The notes below the pieces were generated by a model, which was given only the letters and a program-made list of their open reading frames with translations, did no database searches and was not told where the DNA came from. The position numbers were made by a program, and so were the translations under genes. 33,525 nucleotides of DNA from Nemertoderma westbladi. Its lineage: Eukaryota; Animalia; Xenacoelomorpha. Location: the NCBI GenBank assembly GCA_032718475.1, contig JAUCBJ010001548.1:1-33525 (forward strand). The letters run 5' to 3'. The first letter of the stretch is position 1; every line of letters begins with the position of its first letter. Below are positions 10,411 to 20,358 of this stretch, piece after piece.

Positions 10411-10965
10411 TAAGGCTCCTGGTGGTGGAATCTGTAAATTACCGACTTCAATCCCGTTTTATCAACAGAAATAAACTCCGGTACCGCATCTGTCTGTCTG
10501 TTCATTCCTTTACTTATGTTCGCCCTTTTAGACCTTTAGCAGTTTAACCTGCCAATTTTAGTTGTCTTCTTGTTTATAAATCGACTTTAGCCTAGGTCAA
10601 TTATTTAATGTACGGAAGTTACATCCGCCGAAGCCAGCCTGTGCGCGATCATTCACCCACAGTTAAGAGAGACTGGATTCGGGTGCTTTGAAAGTTATTA
10701 CAGTGCAGACCTACTGTATTATTCCATTGATCGTTAATATATAATCTCTGACAAATATATTTACTTTCGGGGAAATATTAACAGTTCCTTTAGGACGCGG
10801 CGCTTTAAGTATAAAAACAGAGTTATGACTTATACTAATCACAACAAGATGGCCATAGAGTTTCGTAAATAGCGCATTCTTTAAAATAATCATATAAAAA
10901 TCATCTAAAATCAAAAATAATCATATAAAATCACAGTTTCTAAAACATAAAAATACTCTAAACAA

Positions 10966-11409
10966 TTAGTCCTTCTTACGTGAACGGCGTTTACGAAGTT
11001 TTTTGAGGCTAGCAAGAGTCCTTTTCTCTTTGGGGCGAGCCACTTTACTAGGAGGGCCATAACTCATGGGTGAGGGGTGCAATACAATTGCATCGGAAGG
11101 TTTAGGGTTACGGTCGGTGTATCCGCCGGTCGAGGTACCCGGTTGATCGACATCAACCTCAGTGGAACAAGGTCGAACAACCTTTAGAGCGCGTTTCAAG
11201 ACAGCAGCTCTTACTGGTCCCTGACGGGTCGTTTGCACAAGAGCGGTAGGTGGACCGTGAGTAGTGAGAAATTTCCTCGGTTTGATGGTTCTTTCCAACT
11301 CGCGTTCTCTGGCTTTATATTCATATGGTTGTCTATGAACTTCTTGTAACTCTGGATGCGAGTTTATGAACAAGTCACCGCGTGATTTATTAATGGTAGA
11401 AACTTTAAA
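10966..11409 (-). CDS. Unknown protein, C-terminal part with a very basic tail; probable -1 frame continuation of the ORF at 11364-12320
   Basis: No ATG start. The frame is open through the overlap with the upstream ORF and ends LASLKKLRKRRSRKKD. Confidence 0.5.
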   Translation of the reverse strand, partial: FKVSTINKSRGDLFINSHPELQEVHRQPYEYKARERELERTIKPRKFLTTHGPPTALVQTTRQGPVRAAVLKRALKVVRPCSTEVDVDQPGTSTGGYTDRNPKPSDAIVLHPSPMSYGPPSKVARPKEKRTLASLKKLRKRRSRKKD

Positions 11410-12320
11410 CTGTATGTAGGATCTTCCGGTTTCACCATATAATATTGAGTTAAATTGACATAATAAGGGTGGTCTTTGATCCCATAAAATGAGTTTGGTA
11501 AAGGTCTAGCGCATAGGTTGATCTCGTGTACCATACGACGGACAAGATCCGCTCGATTGTCCGGAGGTTCAACGAGTATACCGTCGACATGAGCGGCCTC
11601 GATTGGTGGACGTTGTAACATAGGAGCGTCAGCGATAAGATCTCTAGATCTTAAGTTGATATCAACCAGTTGGGGTTGTACCGTGGCGAAGAGTTTGTCT
11701 CCGAAATGGGGAACCATTGAAGGATGAATAATGGTTTTGGAATAGAGATCAGTCATAAGGATTTGAGCTTCTGGCTGGGCTAAAGCTGCTTCTTCTCTCT
11801 CGTCCATTTCGATATGCTTCTCCTCGAGCTGATTTTCCTCCGCTTGTCGTTGGAAACGTTCGTCCAAAAACTCTTGCAGAGAGTAGGTTCGTCCAAGTTC
11901 GATGTCTTCCTCGAGATTCTGAATTTCCTGATCGAACTGAGGTAAAGCTAATTCTTTTACCGCTTGGACTTGCTGCTGCAATTTTCGTTTATCTAAACAA
12001 TCGTAAGTTCCTTTTCCGATCTTTTGCCGAATAGCATCTAACGCGTTTCGTACAACGCTCTCCTCCACCTCGGTGACGGGTTGTATCGGGGTTAAACCGG
12101 GACGATTATACGGGTTGAACGGCGATATTAAATGTCCGCGTCCCAATCCGGCTAGGTAGGATGGGCGAATATCTAGAGAGCCCACTACTGGAGTGACACC
12201 GATTAATTGTTCAGGTAACACTAGATCTTTGAACAGTGAGTACAGTTCGGGAAGATCCGTTATACTATTAGGATCAAGAGTTGGAGGTCTCACCAGGGAA
12301 TGAGGAGGTCTGACCGAGTA
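11364..12320 (-). CDS. Unknown intronless protein fragment (ORFan; possible endogenous viral element), 5'-truncated
   Basis: Open frame of about 950 nt in AT-rich surroundings, with protein-like composition and an acidic coiled-coil stretch. No ATG at the start; the frame begins at the junction with the repeat at 12326. No family recognised. Confidence 0.6.
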   Translation of the reverse strand, partial: YSVRPPHSLVRPPTLDPNSITDLPELYSLFKDLVLPEQLIGVTPVVGSLDIRPSYLAGLGRGHLISPFNPYNRPGLTPIQPVTEVEESVVRNALDAIRQKIGKGTYDCLDKRKLQQQVQAVKELALPQFDQEIQNLEEDIELGRTYSLQEFLDERFQRQAEENQLEEKHIEMDEREEAALAQPEAQILMTDLYSKTIIHPSMVPHFGDKLFATVQPQLVDINLRSRDLIADAPMLQRPPIEAAHVDGILVEPPDNRADLVRRMVHEINLCARPLPNSFYGIKDHPYYVNLTQYYMVKPEDPTYSLKFLPLINHAVTCS

Positions 12321-12325
12321 TTAAG

Positions 12326-13010
12326 TCAATGGAATCAGTAAAAATTTCATAAGAGTTTTCAAACTTGTATTTTTCGCAGGTGTGCGAAAATTGTTGTGCC
12401 AGCATCAAATTTTGGAAAATAAGCAAATTTATCAGTAGATAGTTCACCTTGTTTCTTGCGTTATACGGGTTTATGAGGGTCCTGAATCCGATGGAATCAA
12501 TAAAAACAGCACTGGACATCGCAAACTTGTACTTTTTGGTGATGGGTACGAAATTTGGTGCAAGCACCAAAACTTGCCAAATTACACCGAAAAATACAAG
12601 TAGCAATGATGTGGCATATTATAAATGTATTCCATTAGAATCAGCGCCCTAGAAAACCTGAAAATGTGAATTTATAGCATCGTATAAGTGAATTAAACAT
12701 TTTGTGTTCAAACTGAAAAGTACTGGTTACTTGTTATTTTCATTTTTTTCCTACACAGAGAGGACTAAACAGTCATTTATAGTAATCATATCATTTTTAA
12801 ATATTTTCCAATGTATTTTGCGCCCCAGAAAACCTGTATTGAAAAACAATTAGCCGAAAAATGTAACTTTCAAATTTTGTGAAAATTGTGCACTACTTGT
12901 AATTTTGGTGCTGCAATATTACCACCCCAGTACATTTTTTCTAAAAATTTTTTTTCGGTCCGATCCAGACTAGTGATACCTACGTACAAACAAAAAAACA
13001 GACGTCTTCG
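12326..13010. repeat. Interspersed repeat fragment with ~162-bp internal subrepeats
   Basis: Highly similar to 29051-29736. Confidence 0.9.
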
Positions 13011-14228
13011 ATAATACCCCGAAATGTCTGATCCCTTTACACTAACTACACACTACAAACATAATGCATTTCACCAAATTTCCACGAGCTGTTAATGAGA
13101 TATTGACGATCGAAATTTGATCCAGGCAGAGAGAGGGACAATGTTAATTTGTCCATTCTAAACTGTAAGGTTCATTCACTTCGTGGCTCGCCCCTTAGTT
13201 ATTGATTATGTTATTGTTGAATATGTTATGCTGCTATGCGGGATGTTATACAATCGTGATTTTGGTTGATACATTAATTTTATGCCGTAGTGATTTTTTT
13301 TCAATTTTAAACTTTATATTTAATTTGGTTTATTCTAATAAAGTAATTTAATGACCTATTCGTTGTACAGCGGATGTGGACGTTAAATATTATAGAAGAA
13401 GATTTTTTTATAAAATAAATGCTCAACATGTGCAAATTACAGTATTAGTATGGGTAGTGCTGGCTGATAAAAAGGTAACTGACACTCAGATTTGTAATTG
13501 AGTACCTGAATTCGTTACTGGATATTTTGATATTCTCATGGTATTTGTTACTGGGTGGGTTCTTGGGTTTGTTACTGACTACTTACTTAGATTTGTAACT
13601 GGGCAGTTGAATTTATTACCTGGAACTCAGATTTAAAACCGGGAACTGGGTGCTCATCTTGGTAACCAAACACTGATTTTATGTGGGAACACAGATTTGT
13701 AAACAGGTACCGAGATTCGTAACTGGGAACTCCAATTCGTAACCAGGTTCTCAGATTCATTAATGGTAACTCAGATTCGAAACCAGAAAGTCAGATTCAC
13801 GACCATAAACTAAGATTTGTAACAAGGTACTCCAATTTCATTTCATTGATCATTATCATAATTGTGAGAACAGATTCGTACCAAGGTGCTTCGATTTGTA
13901 ACCGAGGACACTAAATTGTTACAGGAATATCAGAATTGTAACCAGAAACTCAGATTTATAACCAGAAACTCAGATTTGTAACTTGGTAACCGCAACCAAT
14001 TGACAGTTTTTTATGAAATACAATATCGGCTCCTTATCGGGCCGCTAGGCCAGTCCCTAGACAACCTTTATTAATCATTATAACAAGAGTTGTAGTACTG
14101 AGTGACATATAGCAGTTCAATCTAAAACCAACGTCATATATAGTTTACTAGTTTAAACTGCAACCAGGGAGCAATAGTGTCTACCAATATACATGGAAGT
14201 AGAGAAACGTTTCTTACAAACATTACAG

Positions 14229-14890
14229 TTACCGAGTCTCCCCACTGCGGATACATTTGTGGCGCTTTACTTGATGTCGGTGTGAGAAACATTTCCCACA
14301 TGTATCGCAGCTAAACGGTCGTTCACCTGTATGTGTTCGCTTGTGAGTTTTTAGATTGCTGCTCTGCGTAAATCCCTTCCCACACGTGTCGCACAAGTAC
14401 GGTCGATCTTTCGTGTGAATTATTTTGTGGGACGTTAGATTGCCGCTCTCCGTAAATCCCTTCCCGCACGTGTCGCACACGTACGGACGCTCTCCGGAAT
14501 GCGTCCGCTTGTGCGAGGTTAGGTGGCCTAGTCGAGAGAAACGTTTCTGGCACTCATTGCAGTTATACGGTTTCTCCCCACTGTGGGTTCGCTTATGCTT
14601 GGATAGGTTGCTTACGTGAGAGAATCGTTTGTTACAGATGCCGCATTGGTAAGGACGCTCGCCGGTGTGGATCCGTTGGTGTCTAATTAGGTCGCTGTTC
14701 TTTGCGAACGCTTTATCACAAGTATCACAGCTGAGCGGCTTCTCATTGGAGCGGCTCCTTTTCACAATGTCCTGGGGTTGAATCCCAGAGGGACCAGGTT
14801 GGTCGAAGGAATTATTCATACTTCCGGGTGTTACGTCATCGTCGGAAGTGAGCATGTCTGAATCATCAGGGGATGGTTGTGATTGGTCGT
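14229..14890 (-). CDS. C2H2 zinc-finger gene copy B, last exon (5 C2H2 fingers + 1 C2HC)
   Basis: Six fingers with TGERPY/SGEKPY linkers. Acceptor ttctctag at 14891, phase 1. Confidence 0.9.
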
Positions 14891-15276
14891 CTAGAGAAAG
14901 TAATGGAGTAGATTAAAAATGGAGAATATTGGAAACGAGAATAATTGAAGTAATTAATGCAATAATTAGTCAATAGAACTTGCTAATTACTGTAGTTTTA
15001 AATTCATATATGTAAATAAATACGATTTTCGATTCGACATTGTAAATTAATACGTGTGAGGTTTGATACTTTAATTACTAAAAAAACATAAAATATAAAA
15101 TAAGCACCATTAATTACTGATACTGACTGAAATATTATAACCTGTAAAGGGAGGGGTCTTAGAAAATATTGCAGCACTGATTAATGTGATTATGGAGTGT
15201 CTCGGAAAAACTGAATATTTTAAGTGATAGACGCAATAGTTAGGACCTATTTATAAGACAGTGATTCAGATATATA

Positions 15277-15635
15277 CTCTGGAGTCCCGAATAGACGGGG
15301 TGGGTGGAAAAATTTCATTATGCTAATATTCGGGGTGGCTGGAATGAACGTCGTGGGAGGAAAATTTAGGCCTACTTACTTAACCTACAGTATAGTCGTA
15401 CAGGTACAGTAGTATCTACGGCTACCGGTGGTATACTCGGCACACGGTTTTTGTTTTCTTTCACTTTCAAATCTCAATTATTATGAGAATAAACGTTTAT
15501 TTACTCATAATAAAAAATGTACTAAATTTTTTTAGAAAAACTTAATAGTCGGGGTGTCTGGAATAAGAGAATTGTGGGTGGATTTTTTTTTTAAAAATAA
15601 TAGCCGTGTCGCCCCGTCTATTCGGGACTCCTGAG
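15277..15635. mobile_element. MITE (359 bp) with TA target duplication, Tc1/mariner-superfamily-like
   Basis: 24-bp TIRs CTC(T/A)GGAGTCCCGAATAGACGGGG with one mismatch, flanked by TA on both sides. Lies in the intron of ZNF copy B only. Confidence 0.85.
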
Positions 15636-15985
15636 TAATCGCAATAACTTGTGCGACGCAGAATGAATTCCCTTGTATTTGTATTTCTTCATCTGGATAA
15701 TAGAGTTCAGGCATTTCTCTGACAAAGCTAAAAATGGGATGTCTCTATTCTGGAGTATTGTTTGCAATTTGGCGAGTTTTGGAAATAGGCTTCGTGTATT
15801 ATATTTGTTATTTGGTGAGAAAGGCTTCAGGCTAGATTGAATTTAATTAAACCAGATAAAAACCCTAAAAACAAAAACTAAACTCAGAACCATCATATCT
15901 GTCACTATAAATAAACAACTACTCTGACCAGTTTGGGGGCAATACGGACTAAACGATGTTTATAATACAAATCATAGTAACTCAC

Positions 15986-16979
15986 CGATACTGGAAACTG
16001 TCGATTTGGGGGCCAACTGGATGTTGTAGGTGTTGGGAAGGCTTAACTTGAAGTCGTCTAGAGACTGAGTAGTGAGGGTTGGTGAGGAGCTAGTGTCTGT
16101 TAGGGGACCATGAGCGGTGTTGGGAGACAGGGAGTTAGAGTCCGGGACGAGATTCTGCTGAGCTGAGTGGGTGGTCGAAGCATTAGTGTCTGTACTATTT
16201 CCATATGCTACATCTATTGGGGAGAATAAATGGCCCAAGCCATCGCCAACCTCGTTTAGGTCGGGTTTATATTCCAGTTCGTCTTCCGTCTTAATGCGTA
16301 GGATTACCTGAACATCTGACTGGTCTGCTGATAGAGGTTGGGTAGAATAGTGGTTTGAGTTGGTTGTGGTTACTGCGGGGGTATAGGAGGATATGTTGTT
16401 ATAAGATAATAAAGTTGAACTGGCTGTATTATTACTCGATTCATATTCAATGAGGTTTGGTTTGGTGTCTATCGGACACAGTTTGGGATCCACTTGTCTT
16501 TGTTCTCCCGGTAGGTCTGTCTGGTTGAGATGTTGTAACCTCACCACAGGCTGCATAGAGGAGGGTTCGGTAGGTGGCGTGGGTTGATTCGAGTATCGAG
16601 ATTGCGGATGCTTTCCTGTCGCAGGATTGTAATTGTGGTGGTACGTAGGTGGCGACGCCGATGCCGTCAATGGACACTGTGGCATACTGGTCTCGTGGTA
16701 CCCGGCAGTCGGGACAGTGGCCGGTGATTGGGGCGTGTTGTAAGACAAATCCGAATTGGCGGCGTTGTTAGACCCAGAGGAGAGTGAACGCAGCAGCCAC
16801 TCGGTAATATGACCTGCCGTACATTTATTAACGACATAATAGTCCAGAAAACTCAAGTTCGCGTCCAGGTATTCTTCGAGAAACGTCCGCACAAACGGAC
16901 CATTTTCCGAACAGATGTTCGCGAATATAGATTTGGTAATTAGCAGTGCGTTGCCCGACTCACAAGTAAACCGTTCCAT
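15986..16979 (-). CDS. C2H2 zinc-finger gene copy B, upstream coding exon
   Basis: ATG at 16979, donor G|GTGAGT at 15985, 994 nt (phase 1). Homologous to 8054-9017. Confidence 0.8.
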
Positions 16980-17370
16980 TGTCTGATTGTTGTCGCTTAA
17001 AGAGTTCAGGTCCTCCCGGTTCGAGAAGAAATGGATATTAACTGAATGAAGATTTAATATACTGATATAGGCCTAATGCAGTAATGAGCTAGGTGTAGGA
17101 CTGTACAGTACAAGTCCCTAAAAGGTGCCACCCTGCTCCATAGCGCGGGAAATTCAAATGATTGAATGAAAGACATGTTATTTGTACTGGAAAGGGTGGC
17201 AGATCAGATCTGCCACCTATATATTGGTGGTAAATTCAAATCTTTTTTAACATTGAATACATGAATAGAGTAAGACCAATCTGCCAACTGTGAATGAATT
17301 ATAGAGTTATATATAGTTATAGTTTATTATGAGTTATAGAATGAGTGAATAATAATAGAAGTGATAGTCA

Positions 17371-18092
17371 TCATAACCTTAGTAAATCATTGCTCATGTT
17401 TCGTATTAAAAACTTAAACGTTTTTTTACAGTCGCGTAATGACCCACATAAATGTGGAGGAATCACCAGCAGATGCTGTCCTTCCTGGAGATATCCCTCG
17501 CAGAGAGTCGAAATCTCTGGCATGCATGCCGGCAACGTGCATCCAAACGCTTTCAATGTTTCTATAGAATCTCTTTCTACAGTGTGAAGGTAGTTCGGAC
17601 TTTGCAAATATAAAATGTTCGGTTTTCCTCCAGGTGACAGCGATCCACACCGACGAAGTCTGTGCGTATTGTGGTGGAGTTTTATAAGATCCAACGTTTT
17701 TTGGAGATATGGAAGATATACGTAGCGAACAAGTTCAATATGCAATACGTTTGAAGTATCCAATAACTCCATCTCTAAGTTTCTAAAATGTTCTATCCAC
17801 TGTGATAGTCCTAACACTGGAATCTTCGACCAGAATGCCTCGATCCTTTGGTTCCTCGTAGATTTACCGTATATATACGTTAAACCTCTCATTGCATAGC
17901 TATCTGTTTGAGACAACCTTAGTGTCCGTTGGATAATTTCGATATTTACATTTTCCGTTCCTCGGTCCGACCTAACTATGTGTGGTACACCTCCTAATGC
18001 CTCAATAAGTTCCAAATAATAACCAGCGACTACAAAAGGATCATTATTTGACTTTCCACATTTTAGCCACAATAGTTTTCTGCTAAAACCAT
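17371..18092 (-). CDS. IS3EU-type DDE transposase, exon 2
   Basis: DGFSRKLLWL, RSDRGTEN and GKSTRNQRIEAFW motifs. Acceptor gatag at 18093 restores HGAIDGFSR across the junction. Confidence 0.85.
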
Positions 18093-18387
18093 CTATCACC
18101 CAGGTGAGAGTATTTCTGTGTGAATAATAAGTGACTGAATTGAAAGTGAAAGTTAATTAGATACAGCATCACATGTATCCTTCGACGGGCGGGCCCGGTT
18201 ACAGAAGGGACAGGTTACAGAAAATGGGAATATTAGGACACGCGCTAACGCGCCAGCGCGCTAACTACTGACCAAACGGTAAATACGGTAAACGGTTATT
18301 TCCTAAGTTGAAACAGTGCATGGTGCAAAAACGTGCAGAGTGCACGCACAATTTTATCTATCTCGGACCATCAAGAAATACTCTCAC
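18093..18387 (-). mobile_element. 295-bp GT-AG intron bounded by 16-bp inverted repeats (introner-like element)
   Basis: AGGTGAGAGTATTTCT at 18102-18117 and its exact complement at 18374-18389. G(C/T)GATAG direct repeat at both splice junctions. Confidence 0.7.
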
Positions 18388-18850
18388 CTATCGCGCCATG
18401 AACTGTTAATGAAAACGGCTTGAGTTTATCCCACCCATCTATGTGTATTAAGAAATTTGGCCCTTTGGAAATGTATGTTCGGCGTACGAGTCTATGACGT
18501 ATTCTACATTGTCGACCTTCTGGATCTAGAATGCGCAACAGGTGAGCCACCAACTTTCGAGGTACGTAATGTTTGTACTCATACATTAGAATCTTCTGCA
18601 TTTGTCTGTAACCAACAGGACTGGGTGATTGCGTGACTTCCCTATTCTTCACCAATTCATATTTGAGCGCTTCAATAACGCTTCCAAACTCGGAGGGATT
18701 AAATTGCCTTTTCAATTGTAAGTTGGACATCAACCGCCTAACTGTCCTCGCGGAAATAAACACTCCATGAGTTTCTTTAAATAGCAGCTGAATTTCTCTG
18801 TGAGTAAATCCTTGCCAGTAGTATTGAGTAAGTAATTCATTAACAGACAT
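18388..18850 (-). CDS. IS3EU-type DDE transposase, exon 1
   Basis: HTH-like N-terminus (ISARTVRR, GYRQM), then LDPEG...RRTY...GPN..HIDGWDKLKP..VHGAI. Donor G|GTGAGA. The spliced ORF is 1185 nt, 394 aa. Confidence 0.85.
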
Positions 18851-19013
18851 TATTTATTAGGCTGGCCTACTGCGTACGAAAAGGACTAATGTTTGCTGTA
18901 GGCCTACTGCAAACAACTGGAGTAAACAGAAGTATAGCGATACATATATATTTACATTTATATTTCCCGCTTTCCCATTTATATAGAACGAATTGTCATT
19001 GGTCATATGCAAG

Positions 19014-19513
19014 TATTTTCAACCCGGGTTGATATTATTTTCAACCCGGGTTGATATTATTTTCAACCCGGGTTGATATTATTTTCAACCCGGGTTGATA
19101 TTATTTTCAACCCGGGTTGATATTATTTTCAACCCGGGTTGATATTATTTTCAACCCGGGTTGATATTATTTTCAACCCGGGTTGATATTATTGATATTA
19201 TTTTCAACCCGGGTTGATATTATTTTCAACCCGGGTTGATATTATTTTCAACCCGGGTTGATATTAGTTTCAACCCGGGTTGATATTATTTTCAACCCGG
19301 GTTGATATTAGTTTCAACCCGGGTTGATATTATTTTCAACCCGGGTTGATATTATTTTCAACCCGGGTTGATATTATTTTCAACCCGGGTTGATATTATT
19401 GATATTATTTTCAACCCGGGTTGATATTATTTTCAACCCGGGTTGATATTATTTTCAACCCGGGTTGATATTATTTTCAACCCGGGTTGATATTATTTTC
19501 AACCCGGGTTGAA
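19014..19513. repeat. Tandem array of 22 copies of a 22-bp unit containing the palindrome TCAACCCGGGTTGA
   Basis: Unit TATTTTCAACCCGGGTTGATAT counted directly. Two 9-bp partial duplications and two T>G variants. Confidence 0.97.
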
Positions 19514-19544
19514 ATTAAAAAAAAAAACGCTTAATTAATATTGT

Positions 19545-19566
19545 TTGGCCGCTTTCAGCCACCGTA
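19545..19566 (-). mobile_element. Probable terminus (TIR) of the IS3EU-like element
   Basis: TACGGTGGCTGAAAGCGGCCAA on the minus strand fits the TAYGG-type terminus recalled for IS3EU. No partner TIR was found in the window. Confidence 0.5.
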
Positions 19567-19626
19567 GAATAAATTATTTATTATCGGTTTAACTCACTCA
19601 TCCGTTAATGTTGTTGATTTATCTAT

Positions 19627-20358
19627 TCTGGGACTTCGAGCAGCACGTGAACAATTAAACCAGCACGCTAACTACCGGCAGTCTGGGGCTTCGAGCACCA
19701 CGTGAACAACTAAACTGGCTGGTTACCTGGTCTGGGACTTCGAGCAGCACGTGAACAATTAAACCAGCACGCTAACTACCGGTTGTCTGGGACTTCGAGC
19801 AGCACGTGAAAAACTAAGCTGCCTGGTTAACTAGTCTGGGATTTCGAGCAGCACGTGTACAACTAAGCTGCCTGGTTAACAAGTCTGGGACTTCGAGCAG
19901 CACCTAAACAACTAAGCTGACTGGTTAACAATTTTTATAGTCTGGTACATGTCTGGAACAGATATACAGATATAGCAGTATAGGCAGAAGCATTATACAC
20001 CTATTGTTATTACAGTAGGCAGTTCCCTGCTATATTGTTATAATTATAATGTTTTGATATAATTATAACTGATACAAGCAAATAATAAATGTTCTTTAGT
20101 CTTTACATTTACTGCTAGAAGTTAAGCCAAATCCCCCGACCCCCCCCCCCCCCCTCCTCAATTTGCAATTTTGCTCGAAGTTCCAGACTAGTTAACCAGT
20201 CAGCTTAGTTGTTCACGTGCTGCTCGAAGTCCCAGACTAGGTACCAAGCCAGTTTAGTTGTTCACGTGCTGCTCGAAGTACCAGACTAGGTACCCAGCCA
20301 GTTTAGTTCTTCACGTGCTGCTCGAAGTCCCAGACTAGTTAACCAGTCAGCTTAGTTG
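19627..20358. repeat. Foldback-like structure: six 49/55-bp direct repeats, a ~240-bp spacer, then about four inverted copies
   Basis: Core TCTGGGACTTCGAGCAGCACGTGAACAA at 19627, 19682, 19731, 19786, 19835 and 19884. Reverse-complement copies at 20172-20358. Confidence 0.9.

Larger units (their letters stand above)
13018..17091. repeat. Segmental duplication copy B
   Basis: Colinear with 4787-9135. Lacks the TTAA MITE and about 180 bp corresponding to 5895-6075. Confidence 0.9.

Noticed and set aside
12274-12652. ORFs in the 162-bp repeat (also 28798-29416) as membrane proteins
   Set aside because: They are translations of an AT-rich repeat; their similarity reflects DNA repetition.
19014-19513. 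CRISPR array from palindromic repeats
   Set aside because: There are no unique spacers; it is a pure tandem repeat.
19627-20358. CRISPR array (28-bp repeat with 21-27-bp spacers)
   Set aside because: The spacers are copies or variants of each other, half the array is inverted, there are no cas genes, and the context is eukaryotic.
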